64,000 nt of DNA from Bordetella parapertussis (GCA_945906815.1 CAMDRT010000015.1:1584-65583), one strand, 5' to 3'; shown: positions 46,567 through 57,022, numbered from the stretch's first letter. The notes: generated from the letters alone by a model not told the origin. A program made the numbers and translations.

Positions 46567-47880
46567 CTACTTCATATTCGGCAGGACCCAAATCAGCATG
46601 GCGAATATGTAGCAGATGACAGAGCAGACGAGTGTAAACGGAACACTCCACGCTAAAAACTCTCGCAGCGACACCTTGCGCCCTTCTTCCTTCTCACCCA
46701 GGCTCAGCGCGACGTAGAGTGCGGGGGCACCAGCGATGGTCAGGTTGCTGCCGAGCGTGCCCGCCCACAACACCATCCACCACAGCGGCCACGGATCGAC
46801 GCCCGCTTTCGCCAGATCTTTGATGGTGTGCAGGAACGTCAATATATAGGCGTCGTGTTCAACCAACCCTACGATCGGCACGGTAATCCAGTACAGCAGG
46901 GTCGCGCCCAGTGCATAGTTTTCGAGGAAAATTGGTTTCAATGCGGCGGCCAGCTTGTCGAGTATATGGCTTTTCTCCAACCCGCCCACCAGCGCGAATA
47001 GCGCGATATAAAAGAAAATCGCGCGCCAGTCGAGTTCCTGCAGGACTTCCTCGAATTTGGTGGCTTTTACCCGGTCGCCCAGCAGCGTCAGCACCAGCAC
47101 CAGGGACAGCGCCCCCGTCATCGCGATAAAGCCCAACGACACGCCGATGTATTCGCGCGCCGACATCGCAATCACGGTGCCGAGGAACCAGCCCACGACA
47201 ACGGTCGCGAACAGCGGGTTTTCGATCTTGGCTTCAACGCCGAGCGAGGCCAAATCGGTAACGCGCTTATGGCCGCGAAAACCGTACCAATACATGAAAG
47301 CCAGAGTGATGAGGAAAGTCACCATCAGGATCGGGAACGACGACGGACGGCCCTTATGCCAGATGAAGTCGAAGAACTCCGCGCCCGCCACACTGTGCAG
47401 CATCTGCGGCGGCAGGTCGCCAATGATCAGCGCTGTGCCCATGAAGTTGGCGCCAAAGCCGATCATCAGCACCACCGGCACCGCCGGCAATTTCAGCGCG
47501 CGGCACAACGGCAGCGCCACCGGCGCCATCATCAGAATGGTGACGACGTTATCGACGAACATCGAGATGAAGCCGGCGAGGAAGGTCAGGATGATGACCA
47601 GGAAGCCCGGCCGGCCGCCGGAGAGCTTCAACGCCTGTATCGACAGCCAACTGGGCACACCGGATTTGCCGAAGTAACCGGCGATGATCCAGATGCCGAG
47701 CAGAATCGCCATCACGTTCCAGTCCACGTATTTGAAGGCATCGGTATCGGTCATCACGCCAGCCCAGCACATGATGGAAACACCGATCAGCGCGGCGAGC
47801 GTGCTGTCGATCCAGTTAGTGATAACCACCAGAATAGTGAGCGCGAACAGGATCAGGGTAAACCACTGCATAGGTTCCAT
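46567..47880 (-). CDS. ArsB/NhaD-superfamily (CitMHS-like) ion permease
   Basis: A 437-aa polytopic ORF with FISMFVDNVVTILMMAP and SNLTIAGAPA motifs of the ion transporter superfamily. The substrate is not assignable. Confidence 0.6.
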   Translation of the reverse strand: MEPMQWFTLILFALTILVVITNWIDSTLAALIGVSIMCWAGVMTDTDAFKYVDWNVMAILLGIWIIAGYFGKSGVPSWLSIQALKLSGGRPGFLVIILTFLAGFISMFVDNVVTILMMAPVALPLCRALKLPAVPVVLMIGFGANFMGTALIIGDLPPQMLHSVAGAEFFDFIWHKGRPSSFPILMVTFLITLAFMYWYGFRGHKRVTDLASLGVEAKIENPLFATVVVGWFLGTVIAMSAREYIGVSLGFIAMTGALSLVLVLTLLGDRVKATKFEEVLQELDWRAIFFYIALFALVGGLEKSHILDKLAAALKPIFLENYALGATLLYWITVPIVGLVEHDAYILTFLHTIKDLAKAGVDPWPLWWMVLWAGTLGSNLTIAGAPALYVALSLGEKEEGRKVSLREFLAWSVPFTLVCSVICYIFAMLIWVLPNMK

Positions 47881-47926
47881 AATTTTCCTTTAAAAACAAA
47901 TATTTATATAGAATTGGTCTGTACGG

Positions 47927-49261
47927 TTATTTCGCGGGCTGGGTCACCGCCGGCGCGGACGCTGCGCCCGCCTTAACTTTCGGCGTCGGATGCCAACCAC
48001 TGACTGCCAACATCACCGCGAAGCCAACGATATACGCCAGCGTCACATGCCATCCAAATCGCAGCCACAGGCCCACGGAGCGCGCTTCGGGGAACATGTT
48101 GGCTAGCGCCACGCCCGCCGATGAGCCGAACCAGATCATCGATCCGCCAAAGCCCACGCAGTAAGCCAGCATACCCCAGTCGTAACCATCCTGCTTCAAT
48201 GCCAAAGCGGTGAGCGGAATGTTGTCGAACACCGCCGACACAAAGCCCAGCCCGAACGCGGTTTGCCATGAGGCGAGGGGCAGTTTTTCCACCGGCATCA
48301 GCGACGCGCACAGTATCAGCGACAGCAGGAAAATGCTGCCTTTGAACGCTTCGGGCAGCAGGCTCCAATCGGGTTTGCGGATGGGGATGGCAAGAAAAAT
48401 CGCAATCCAAACCGCCACCCCAATAAATGGGAACTTGTCGCTCATGTGCGCGAACGTGCTGTTAGCGAGCACGTTGCCGGTGATGGCAAACGCCAGGATC
48501 AGCACCACGATGCCCACACGCGCGCCGTCGATGGTAATGATCGCTGACACATCCTTCACTATGGGCGAATGCTTGTGCTGCTGCATCGCCGCCGGAATGC
48601 CGCAGATGACCAGCGCCACACTGGCTGCAACGTAGGCGTTAATAACGGCCAGCGGACTCACGCCGTCGATCCACATCATGGTGGTGGTGGTGTCGCCCAC
48701 CACGCTGCCGGAGCCGCCCGCATTCGAGGCGGCGACAATGGCTGCGAGATAACCGATATGCACCTTGCCGCGAAACACCGTCATGGCTATGGTGCCGCCG
48801 ATCATCGCCCCCGCGATGTTGTCGAGAAAACTCGACAGCACGAAAATCATCACCAGCAGCACAAAGCCGCCCTTCCAGTCTCCGGGCAGGAACTTCGGCA
48901 GCCACGCCGGGATCTTGCTTTCTTCGAAATGCTTGGAGAGGATGGCGAAGCCCAGGAGCAAGCCCAGTAGATTGGTGAGAATCACCCACTCATGCCCCAT
49001 GTGCGCACCGAAGCCCGCGATGCCGGCACCCGTTTTGAAGCCGGTGAAAATGAGCTTATAGGAGACTATAGTCGCCAGCCCGATCAGCGCCACGCGCAGC
49101 GTGTGATGGTGGAACAGCGCGACGCCGAGCAGCGTACACGCAAAAAAAACGAACTCGAGGGGTATGCCAAATAGCGCCGGGCCTTCGCCCGCGGCGTGCG
49201 CCAGCGCCGGCAAAGCCGTCAGCGCGGCACCCGAACAAAAAGCGTGAACTGAAAATCGCAT
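47927..49261 (-). CDS. NhaD-like / ArsB-NhaD-superfamily permease with signal peptide
   Basis: A 444-aa ORF with ...HEWVILTNLLGLLLGFAILSKHFEESKIPAWLPKFLP...FLDNIAGAMIGG, which resembles NhaD-type antiporters from memory. Confidence 0.6.
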   Translation of the reverse strand: MRFSVHAFCSGAALTALPALAHAAGEGPALFGIPLEFVFFACTLLGVALFHHHTLRVALIGLATIVSYKLIFTGFKTGAGIAGFGAHMGHEWVILTNLLGLLLGFAILSKHFEESKIPAWLPKFLPGDWKGGFVLLVMIFVLSSFLDNIAGAMIGGTIAMTVFRGKVHIGYLAAIVAASNAGGSGSVVGDTTTTMMWIDGVSPLAVINAYVAASVALVICGIPAAMQQHKHSPIVKDVSAIITIDGARVGIVVLILAFAITGNVLANSTFAHMSDKFPFIGVAVWIAIFLAIPIRKPDWSLLPEAFKGSIFLLSLILCASLMPVEKLPLASWQTAFGLGFVSAVFDNIPLTALALKQDGYDWGMLAYCVGFGGSMIWFGSSAGVALANMFPEARSVGLWLRFGWHVTLAYIVGFAVMLAVSGWHPTPKVKAGAASAPAVTQPAK

Positions 49262-49372
49262 GCGTATCCCCCTGTCTAGACGAAACCTGACCGCATGCCG
49301 TACGCGCGGAATGCGCGCACATCGCCACGGCCCTTACCCCGTCCGGCATCGTGCGCACCGGTACGTATTTCA

Positions 49373-49498
49373 GGCAAAGGTCTCGCAGACAAGAACTGAG
49401 ATTGCCGACGGGGCCGGGGCAACGATAAACATCCGCAGCCCGTGTTGACGGCCCTGCCGCAGCGCCACTCCTCAATGACGCCGTAGCTACTCCCCTTT
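49373..49498 (-). ncRNA. yybP-ykoY-like (manganese) riboswitch aptamer in the 5' leader of the NhaD-like permease
   Basis: The minus strand reads AAAGGGGAGUAGCUACGGCGUCAUUGAGGAG...GCCGUCAACACGGG...UGCGAGACCUUUGCC. Compare the conserved AAAGGGGAGUAGCGUC...GUCAAUU...GUUGACAUA...CAAGACCUUUCC of the Lactococcus yybP aptamer as I recall it. P1 (AAAGG/CCUUU) closes the element. Confidence 0.65.
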
Positions 49499-49580
49499 GA
49501 AGCGCACCTCGAATTAACTAGATGCGCGGAAAGCTTTTAACACAGCAATTTCCAACGCGTCAAGGTTTATGCAAGAGATC

Positions 49581-49612
49581 AAAAACGATAATGCAACGGC
49601 GCGGCGCATTAT
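49581..49612 (-). terminator. rho-independent terminator of fhs
   Basis: CGATAATGC-9 nt-GCATTATCG is followed on the minus strand by UUUUU (A-run 49581-85). It lies 50 nt after the fhs stop. Confidence 0.65.
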
Positions 49613-49663
49613 CGTCAGGCCGGTTTATAAAATAGGTAACTTTTTCAGATAGTTATACAAAGT

Positions 49664-51337
49664 CTAAAACAGCCCCACTACCTTGCCATCGTCCGTAAGA
49701 TCGATTTTCTCCGCCGAAGGAACCTTCGGCAACCCCGGCATAGTCATGATATCGCCGCAGATCATCACCACGAATTCCGCCCCCGCCGACAGCCGCACTT
49801 CACGCACGTTGACGCTGTGACCCGCCGGCGCGCCGCGCACGTTGGCGTCGGTCGAAAACGACGACTGCGTTTTCGCCACGCACACCGGATAGTGGCCGTA
49901 GCCGCCTTCCTGCAATTCCTTGATGCGGTTGCGCACTTTGGAGTCCGCCGTGATATCGCCGGCACCATACACCTTGGTGGCGATCTTCTTCATCTTGTCC
50001 CACAAGGTGTCGCTATCTTCATACACAAACGTTGGGCTGGATTTTTGCTCGCACAGTTCAACCACGATGTGCGCCAGATTCGCCGCGCCCTTGCCACCTT
50101 CCGCCCAATGGTTGGCGACCACCACTTTCACGCCCAGTTTCTCGACGCGCTCGGTGAGCAGTTTCATCTCGGCCGCGGTATCCGCGGTAAAGCGGTTGAT
50201 CGACACCACGCACGGAATGTTGTAAACATTTTTGACGTTGTTGACGTGACGCTCGAGATTGACTATGCCTTTTTCCAGCGCGGCGACGTTTTCCACGCTC
50301 AACGCATCCTTCGCCACACCGCCGTGATGTTTGAGCGCGCGCACCGTGGCCACGATCACCGCCGCCGCTGGTTTCAACCCTGCCTTGCGGCATTTGATGT
50401 CGAGGAATTTTTCCGCGCCCAGATCAGCACCAAAGCCCGCCTCGGTCACCACGTATTCTGCAAGTTTCAACGCGGTTTGGGTCGCAATCACGGTGTTGCA
50501 GCCATGCGCGATATTGGCAAACGGACCGCCGTGAATGAACGCCGGATTGTTTTCCAGCGTTTGCACCAGATTCGGCGCGAGCTGGTCTTTGAGCAGCACG
50601 GTCATCGCGCCGTGTGCTTTGAGATCACTGGCACGCAGCGCCTTGCCTTCGCGGGTGTAACCGAACACGATATTGCCCAGACGGTTCTTCAAGTCCTTGA
50701 GTGAAGTGGCGAGACAGAAAATCGCCATCACTTCGGAGGCCACCACGATGTCGAAACCATCTTCACGCGGGAAGCCGTTGGCGGTGCCGCCCAGCGACAC
50801 CACGATGTCACGCAGCGCGCGGTCGTTCATGTCCATCACACGCTTCCAGGTGATGCGGCGCGGATCGATGCCCAGCGCGTTGCCATGCGAAATGTGATTG
50901 TCGATCATCGCCGACAGCAGGTTGTTGGCGAGGCCAATCGCGCCAAAGTCGCCGGTGAAATGCAGGTTGATGTCTTCCATCGGCACCACTTGCGCGTAAC
51001 CGCCGCCTGCCGCACCCCCTTTGACACCAAACACCGGCCCCAACGACGGTTCACGCAGGCAGATGATCGCTTTTTTGCCGATGTGGTTGAGCGCATCACC
51101 CAAGCCGACGGTGGTGGTGGTCTTGCCTTCTCCGGCGGGCGTGGGACTCATGGCAGTGACCAGAATCAGCTTGCCGTCTTTTTTGTCTTTCAGCGAAGCT
51201 ACATATTCGAGCGACACCTTGGTCTTGTAGTGGCCATACGGCACCAGATGCTCGTCGGGAATGCCCAGCTGCTCGGCGATTTTGTTGACCCGCAACATCT
51301 TGCCAGCTTGTGCAATTTCAATATCGGACAATGCCAT
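49664..51337 (-). CDS. fhs: formate--tetrahydrofolate ligase
   Basis: [15 protein letters not shown] and [18 protein letters not shown] are FTHFS signatures. Confidence 0.92.
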   Translation of the reverse strand: MALSDIEIAQAGKMLRVNKIAEQLGIPDEHLVPYGHYKTKVSLEYVASLKDKKDGKLILVTAMSPTPAGEGKTTTTVGLGDALNHIGKKAIICLREPSLGPVFGVKGGAAGGGYAQVVPMEDINLHFTGDFGAIGLANNLLSAMIDNHISHGNALGIDPRRITWKRVMDMNDRALRDIVVSLGGTANGFPREDGFDIVVASEVMAIFCLATSLKDLKNRLGNIVFGYTREGKALRASDLKAHGAMTVLLKDQLAPNLVQTLENNPAFIHGGPFANIAHGCNTVIATQTALKLAEYVVTEAGFGADLGAEKFLDIKCRKAGLKPAAAVIVATVRALKHHGGVAKDALSVENVAALEKGIVNLERHVNNVKNVYNIPCVVSINRFTADTAAEMKLLTERVEKLGVKVVVANHWAEGGKGAANLAHIVVELCEQKSSPTFVYEDSDTLWDKMKKIATKVYGAGDITADSKVRNRIKELQEGGYGHYPVCVAKTQSSFSTDANVRGAPAGHSVNVREVRLSAGAEFVVMICGDIMTMPGLPKVPSAEKIDLTDDGKVVGLF

Positions 51338-51370
51338 TTCTTTTTCTCCTGAAAACTAAGTTCTAAAAAT

Positions 51371-54172
51371 TCAAATCGCAGCCATCGCCTGCCCGCCGCC
51401 GTAGCTCGACACCGGCGTCAACTCGCCGCCTTTCATGACCTTAACCGCGCAATATTTGAACTCCGGTATCTTGCCCACCGGATCCAGCGCTGGGTTGGTC
51501 AGCAAATTCGCCGCCGCTTCGTAAAAACAGAACGGAATGAATACCGCGCCGCGCGGCGTGCCGTCGTCGGCGCGCGCGTACAGCGACACTATGCCGCGGC
51601 GCGAAGCGACGCTGATCACCTCGCCCGGCTGCGCACCCAGCGCGTCCAGATCGAGCGGGTGTATCAGCACGGTCGCTTCCGGTTCGATGGCGTCGAGCAC
51701 CGACGCACGCCGCGTCATCGCGCCGGTGTGCCAATGTTCGAGTTGCCGGCCGGTGATCAGCACGAACGGATATTCCGTATCCGGCCGCTCGTTGGCGGGA
51801 ATGATATCCGCCGGAACGAATCGCGCTCGCCCTGTCGGCGTAGGAAATTTATCAATAAAAACAATGGCCTGCCCAGGATCCCCTTCCTTCTCGCAAGGAT
51901 AGGTGACACTGCTTTCGCGCTCCAGCCGCTCGTAAGTAATGCCGGCGATGCTGTTCATGCCCAGGCGCATTTCGTTGAACACATCGGCCGGGCCGCTGTA
52001 ATTCCAGTCGCACCCCAGGCGACGCGCGAGTTCCTGAATAATCCACAGATCCGGCTTGGCCTCGCCCGGCGCGTCTAGCGCTTTGCGGCCGAGCTGCACC
52101 ATGCGATCGGTGTTGGTGACCGTGCCGTCTTTTTCCGGCCACGCGGTGGCGGGCAAAATCACATCGGCGTAGTAACAGGTTTCGGTGAGGAAAATTTCCT
52201 GCACCACCAGCATGTCGAGCTTGGCCAGCGCCTCGCGCGCATGGTGCGCGTCGGGGTCGGACATCGCCGGATTTTCACCCATGATGTACATGCCGTTGAT
52301 GTTGCCGTCGAGCGTGGCGTGAATGATTTCGACCACCGTCAGCCCCGGCTTCGGGTCCAGCTTGGCGCCCCACAATTTTTCAAAGCGCGCGTGCGCTTCA
52401 GGATTATCTACGCGCTGATAGTCCGGAAACACCATCGGTATCAGCCCGGAGTCGGATGCGCCCTGCACATTGTTTTGCCCGCGCAACGGATGCAGCCCGG
52501 AGCCGGGTTTACCGATCTGCCCGGTCATCAGCGTCAGCGCAATCAGACAACGTGCATTGTCGGTGCCGTGCACGTGCTGGGAAATGCCCATACCCCACAG
52601 GATCATCGAGCCTTTGGAGGTGGCGTACAGCCGGGCGACTTCCTTGATGGTCTCGGCGGGTATGCCGCACAGCGGCGCCATGGCTTCGGGGCTGTAGCCT
52701 TCGACATTCTTCCTTAAATCTTCGTAGCCTATGGTGCGCGAGGCGATGAAAGCTTCGTCAACCAGCCCTTCATGCACGATGGTGTGCATCATGGCGTTCA
52801 ACAACGCCACATCGGTGTCGGGCTTGAATTGCAGATAGTGGGTGGCGTGACGCGATAATTCCGAACGGCGCGGATCGGCATAAATGAATTTCGCGCCTTT
52901 TTTCACCGCGTTTTTAATCCACGTTGCCGCCACCGGATGGTTGGAAATCGGGTTCGCGCCGATCAGGAATATGACCTCGGCAACGCCCACATCGCTCACC
53001 TGATTCGATACCGCACCGGACGCCACGCCTTCCATCAGAGCCGCCACCGACGACGCATGGCACAGCCGCGTGCAATGATCGACGTTGTTGCTGCCAAAGC
53101 CGGTACGCACCAGCTTCTGGAACAAATACGCTTCTTCGTTGCTGCCCTTGGCCGAGCCAAAACCAGCGAGCGCCGTTTTGCCTTTGTGATCGCGGATTTC
53201 TTTCAGCTTGTCGGCCGCGAAATCCAGCGCTTCTTCCCACGTTGCCTCACGAAAGTACTCGAGCGGATGCGCCGGGTCCATGGTGAAGTCGGCGTGCTTG
53301 GGCACCCCCGGCTTACGGATCAACGGCTGGGTCAGTCTTTGTTTATGGCTGACATAATCAAATCCGTAGCGACCCTTCACGCACAGCCGATTGTGGTTGG
53401 AGGGGCCGTCGCGCCCATCCACACTGATGATTTTGTTGTCCTTGATGTTGTAGGTCAGCTGGCAGCCGACGCCGCAGTACGGGCACACCGAGTGCACCTG
53501 TTTGTCCGGTTTGATCAGACCGGCTTCGCGCGCGGGCATCAGTGCGCCGGTCGGGCACGCTTGCACACACTCGCCGCACGCCACACAGGTGGAGTCACCC
53601 ATGGCATCGTCGATATCGAACACGATTTTCGAATGTTCGCCGCGAAACGCGTAACCGATGACGTCGTTGACCTGTTCCTCACGACAAGCACGCACGCAGC
53701 GCGTGCACTGTATGCACGAATCGAGATTGACCGCGATGCCGTGATGCGACAGATCAGCCTGCGGCTGATGGCGTGCCTCGAAGCGCGGCTTGCCCACCTG
53801 CAGTTTGCCCGCCCATAGATCCAGCTCGGATTGCCGCGTGTGGCGCTTTTCCGGCATGTCAGAGAGCAGCAGTTCCAGCACCATCTTTTGTGATTTGACT
53901 GCGCGCTCACTGTCGGTGGTGACTTCCATGCCCTGGGCCGGCGCGCGGCAGCACGAGGCCGCGAGCACGCGCTCGCCTTTGACCTCGACCACACAGGCTC
54001 GGCAATTGCCGTCGGGGCGCATGCCTTCCTTGTAGCAAAGATGCGGGATCTCCACGCCATAACGCTTCGCGGTTTGAATGAGGGTTTCGTTAGCGTCGCC
54101 CACCACATCTTTGCCATTGAGCTTGAACTCGATGGGCATGGCGTTTAGTTCTTCTTTGGTGATTGCGGTCAT
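51371..54172 (-). CDS. fdsA: NAD-dependent formate dehydrogenase alpha subunit (2Fe-2S / 4Fe-4S / Mo-bisPGD)
   Basis: A 933-aa ORF. A NuoG-like N-terminus (CYKEGMRPDGNCRACVVEV, CIQCTRCVRAC, CVACGECVQACP, CPYCGVGC) is followed by a molybdopterin oxidoreductase domain. There is no in-frame stop, so this is a Cys-type rather than Sec-type enzyme. Confidence 0.88.
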   Translation of the reverse strand: MTAITKEELNAMPIEFKLNGKDVVGDANETLIQTAKRYGVEIPHLCYKEGMRPDGNCRACVVEVKGERVLAASCCRAPAQGMEVTTDSERAVKSQKMVLELLLSDMPEKRHTRQSELDLWAGKLQVGKPRFEARHQPQADLSHHGIAVNLDSCIQCTRCVRACREEQVNDVIGYAFRGEHSKIVFDIDDAMGDSTCVACGECVQACPTGALMPAREAGLIKPDKQVHSVCPYCGVGCQLTYNIKDNKIISVDGRDGPSNHNRLCVKGRYGFDYVSHKQRLTQPLIRKPGVPKHADFTMDPAHPLEYFREATWEEALDFAADKLKEIRDHKGKTALAGFGSAKGSNEEAYLFQKLVRTGFGSNNVDHCTRLCHASSVAALMEGVASGAVSNQVSDVGVAEVIFLIGANPISNHPVAATWIKNAVKKGAKFIYADPRRSELSRHATHYLQFKPDTDVALLNAMMHTIVHEGLVDEAFIASRTIGYEDLRKNVEGYSPEAMAPLCGIPAETIKEVARLYATSKGSMILWGMGISQHVHGTDNARCLIALTLMTGQIGKPGSGLHPLRGQNNVQGASDSGLIPMVFPDYQRVDNPEAHARFEKLWGAKLDPKPGLTVVEIIHATLDGNINGMYIMGENPAMSDPDAHHAREALAKLDMLVVQEIFLTETCYYADVILPATAWPEKDGTVTNTDRMVQLGRKALDAPGEAKPDLWIIQELARRLGCDWNYSGPADVFNEMRLGMNSIAGITYERLERESSVTYPCEKEGDPGQAIVFIDKFPTPTGRARFVPADIIPANERPDTEYPFVLITGRQLEHWHTGAMTRRASVLDAIEPEATVLIHPLDLDALGAQPGEVISVASRRGIVSLYARADDGTPRGAVFIPFCFYEAAANLLTNPALDPVGKIPEFKYCAVKVMKGGELTPVSSYGGGQAMAAI

Positions 54173-54184
54173 TGCGTTCCTTCA

Positions 54185-54319
54185 GTGAACGGGTGAACGA
54201 GTGAACGGGTAACCCCCTCGCGCTTTGCAACCGTTAGCGCGGACGAAAAAGGCGAAGCAAGCTACTCTCCGCAGACCAAACAATTTCTCGTTCACTCGTT
54301 CACCCGTTCACCCGTTCAC
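54185..54319. repeat. second inverted array of GTGAACG octamers: 3 (+1 degenerate) x GTGAACGR facing 4x NCGTTCAC
   Basis: Units lie at 54185-92, 93-200 and 201-208, and at 54289-95, 297-303, 305-311 and 313-319, with an 8-nt period and a ~80-nt spacer containing its own CGCGCT/AGCGCG hairpin. The stop codon of fdsGB (54316-18) lies inside the last unit. Confidence 0.85.
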
Positions 54320-56004
54320 TGCACTTCTTTGGGAAAATACTTCATTACACTGCGTATCGGATTCGGTGCCGCCTGGCCCAGGCCGCAGATCGACGCATCG
54401 GCCATGGCGCCCGAGAGTTCTTCAAGCAAGCCTTGATCCCAGCTGGATTTTGCCATCAGGTTCAATGCCTTGGTGGTTCCTACGCGGCAGGGCGTGCATT
54501 GCCCACAGGATTCTTCGGCGAAAAACTTCATGATGTTGCGCGCAGCGGCACTGGCTTTGTCGTGCTGCGACAAAATGATTACCGCCGCCGAGCCGATGAA
54601 ACAGCCGTATTGATTGAGCGTATCAAAATCCAGTGGAATATCGCCCATCGCCGCCGGCAGTATGCCGCCCGACGCACCCCCCGGCAGATAGGCGTAAAAC
54701 GCATGTCCGGGCAGCATGCCGCCGCAGTACTCGGCGATGAGTTCGTTCACGGTAATGCCCGCAGGCGCCACATGCACGCCCGGCTTTTGCACGCGGCCCG
54801 AGACCGAAAACGAACGCAGGCCCTTGCGCCCGTTGCGCCCGTGCGCGGCAAACCAGTCCGCCCCTTTTTCGACGATGTCACGCACCCAGTAGAGCGTCTC
54901 CATGTTGTGCTCCAGCGTCGGACGGCCGAATAAGCCTACCTGCGCCACATAGGGCGGACGCAGCCGCGGCATGCCGCGTTTGCCTTCGATGGATTCGATC
55001 ATCGCGGATTCTTCGCCGCAGATGTAGGCGCCCGCACCGCGCCGCAGAAATATCGACGGCAGTGGGCAGGGCGGATTTTTTTGCAGCGCCTGGATTTCTT
55101 TTTCCAGTATCCCGCGCACCCCAGCATACTCGTCGCGCAGGTAAATATAGACTTCGGAAATCTGCACCGCCCACGCGGCGATGAGCACGCCTTCGAGAAA
55201 GCGATGCGGATCGCGTTCGAGGTAATAGCGATCCTTGAAAGTGCCGGGCTCGCCCTCGTCGATATTCACCGCCATCACGCGCGGCCCTTGTTCGCCGCGC
55301 ACGATGCGCCACTTGCGCCCCGCCGGAAATCCCGCGCCGCCCAAACCGCGCAGACCGGAATGCTCCATCGCTTGGATCAAATCTTCGGCGTCGCGTGTGC
55401 CGGCCAGGCAAGCGGCGACTAGCGCATAACCGCCTTGCTTGCGATACGCCGTGTAGCCGAGGTATTTTCCCAGCGCACAGCGGGATTGGTTGGCCTCGGC
55501 CAGCGCTTTCACGCTTTCAACGGTCGCATGCGCCACCGGGTTCTGTCCCACTACCGCCACCGGCGCCTGTTCGCAACGCCCGACGCACGGCGCGGCAATC
55601 ACCCGCACGCCGTCACCGAGCGCGCGTTTGAGTTCAGTGAGCAGCGGATTCGCTCCGCCTAGTTCGCAAGACAATGAATCGCACACGCGCACCGTCAGCG
55701 CGGGCGGCGGTGTGTCACCTTCTTTGACGATGTCAAAATGGTGATAAAAACTCGCCACCTCGAATACCTCGGTCATCGCGAGCTTCATTTCGCGCGCGAG
55801 TGCTGCGATGTGCGCCGCGGAGATGTGACCGAATTTATCTTGTATCTTGTGCAGATGTTCGATCAGCAGATCGCGACGGCGCGGGGCATCACCCAACAAG
55901 GTCTGCACTTGCACCAACGCGTCTGCTTCAACCGCGCGCCCTTTCGGTCTGCCGCGACGGCTACCACCGTCCCCACGCCCTTTATTGAGCTTGCCTTGTT
56001 CCAA
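54316..56004 (-). CDS. fdsB: formate dehydrogenase diaphorase subunit, fused NuoE-like (FdsG) plus NuoF-like (FdsB)
   Basis: The N-terminal ~150 aa are NuoE-like (HLHKIQDKFGHISAAHIAALAREM..., CDSLSC...C..C). They are followed by a NuoF-like domain (GLRGLGGAGFPAGRKW, ESCGQCTPCR). Confidence 0.8.
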   Translation of the reverse strand: MEQGKLNKGRGDGGSRRGRPKGRAVEADALVQVQTLLGDAPRRRDLLIEHLHKIQDKFGHISAAHIAALAREMKLAMTEVFEVASFYHHFDIVKEGDTPPPALTVRVCDSLSCELGGANPLLTELKRALGDGVRVIAAPCVGRCEQAPVAVVGQNPVAHATVESVKALAEANQSRCALGKYLGYTAYRKQGGYALVAACLAGTRDAEDLIQAMEHSGLRGLGGAGFPAGRKWRIVRGEQGPRVMAVNIDEGEPGTFKDRYYLERDPHRFLEGVLIAAWAVQISEVYIYLRDEYAGVRGILEKEIQALQKNPPCPLPSIFLRRGAGAYICGEESAMIESIEGKRGMPRLRPPYVAQVGLFGRPTLEHNMETLYWVRDIVEKGADWFAAHGRNGRKGLRSFSVSGRVQKPGVHVAPAGITVNELIAEYCGGMLPGHAFYAYLPGGASGGILPAAMGDIPLDFDTLNQYGCFIGSAAVIILSQHDKASAAARNIMKFFAEESCGQCTPCRVGTTKALNLMAKSSWDQGLLEELSGAMADASICGLGQAAPNPIRSVMKYFPKEVQ

Positions 56005-56143
56005 CGCACACCCTCCATGCCCATCACCTACGAGCTGTCAGCGCTCCGGGTCACAACGCAGCGGGTCCATCGGGCGCGCCGTTTTGCCGTTATGCCGGGG
56101 AGGGGTGCCGCTGCTGCCAGAATAGCGCGGGTTCGTTAGCTGC

Positions 56144-57022
56144 CTATTTTAAAACCGATTTCATCAATTTACCCATATCCGCCGGGTTACTTGTGACCTT
56201 GATGCCGCACTCCTCCATCACCCGCAGTTTCTCGGCAGCGGTGCCTTTGCCACCCGAAATGATCGCACCGGCGTGACCCATGCGCTTGCCCGGCGGCGCG
56301 GTAAGGCCGGCGATAAACCCGACCACCGGCTTTTTCATATGGGCTTTGACCCAGAGCGCGCATTCTTCCTCGTCGGAACCGCCGATCTCGCCGACCATCA
56401 CTACCGCTTCTGTCAGCGGATCGTCGTTGAACATTTTCATCACGTCGATGTGCTTCAAGCCGTTCACCGGGTCACCGCCGATGCCGACGCACGACGATTG
56501 GCCCAGGCCCGCTTCCATCAACTGGCCAACGGCTTCATAGGTGAGGGTGCCGGAACGCGACAGCACGCCGATCGGGCCGTGCTTGTGGATGTGGCCGGGC
56601 ATGATGCCGATTTTGATGGCGTCGGGCGTAATCACACCGGGGCAGTTGGGCCCGATCAGCAGCGTGCGCTTGCCCTGCATTTTATATTTGGTGCGGATCA
56701 TGTCGCGCACGGGGATGCCGTCAGTGATGCAAATGACCAGATCGAGATCGGCTTCGATCGCTTCGTCGATGGCGGCGGCGGCAAAAGGGGGCGGCACATA
56801 AATCACCGACACGTTGGCGCCGGTGGCCGCCTTGGCTTCCTTCACCGTCTCGAATATCGGTATGCCTTCGTAGGATAGCCCGCCTTTTTTCGGCGTCACG
56901 CCCGCGACATAACAGGCCTTGCCGTTGGCGTACTCTTTGCCGGTTTTGGTATGAAACTGGCCAGTCTTGCCGGTAATGCCCTGGGTCAGGACGCGCGTAT
57001 TTTTATCTATCAGTATCGACAT
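56144..57022 (-). CDS. sucD: succinate--CoA ligase (ADP-forming) alpha subunit
   Basis: [26 protein letters not shown]...[18 protein letters not shown]...[13 protein letters not shown]...MGHAGAII matches betaproteobacterial SucD, including the YANGK insertion. Confidence 0.85.
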   Translation of the reverse strand: MSILIDKNTRVLTQGITGKTGQFHTKTGKEYANGKACYVAGVTPKKGGLSYEGIPIFETVKEAKAATGANVSVIYVPPPFAAAAIDEAIEADLDLVICITDGIPVRDMIRTKYKMQGKRTLLIGPNCPGVITPDAIKIGIMPGHIHKHGPIGVLSRSGTLTYEAVGQLMEAGLGQSSCVGIGGDPVNGLKHIDVMKMFNDDPLTEAVVMVGEIGGSDEEECALWVKAHMKKPVVGFIAGLTAPPGKRMGHAGAIISGGKGTAAEKLRVMEECGIKVTSNPADMGKLMKSVLK

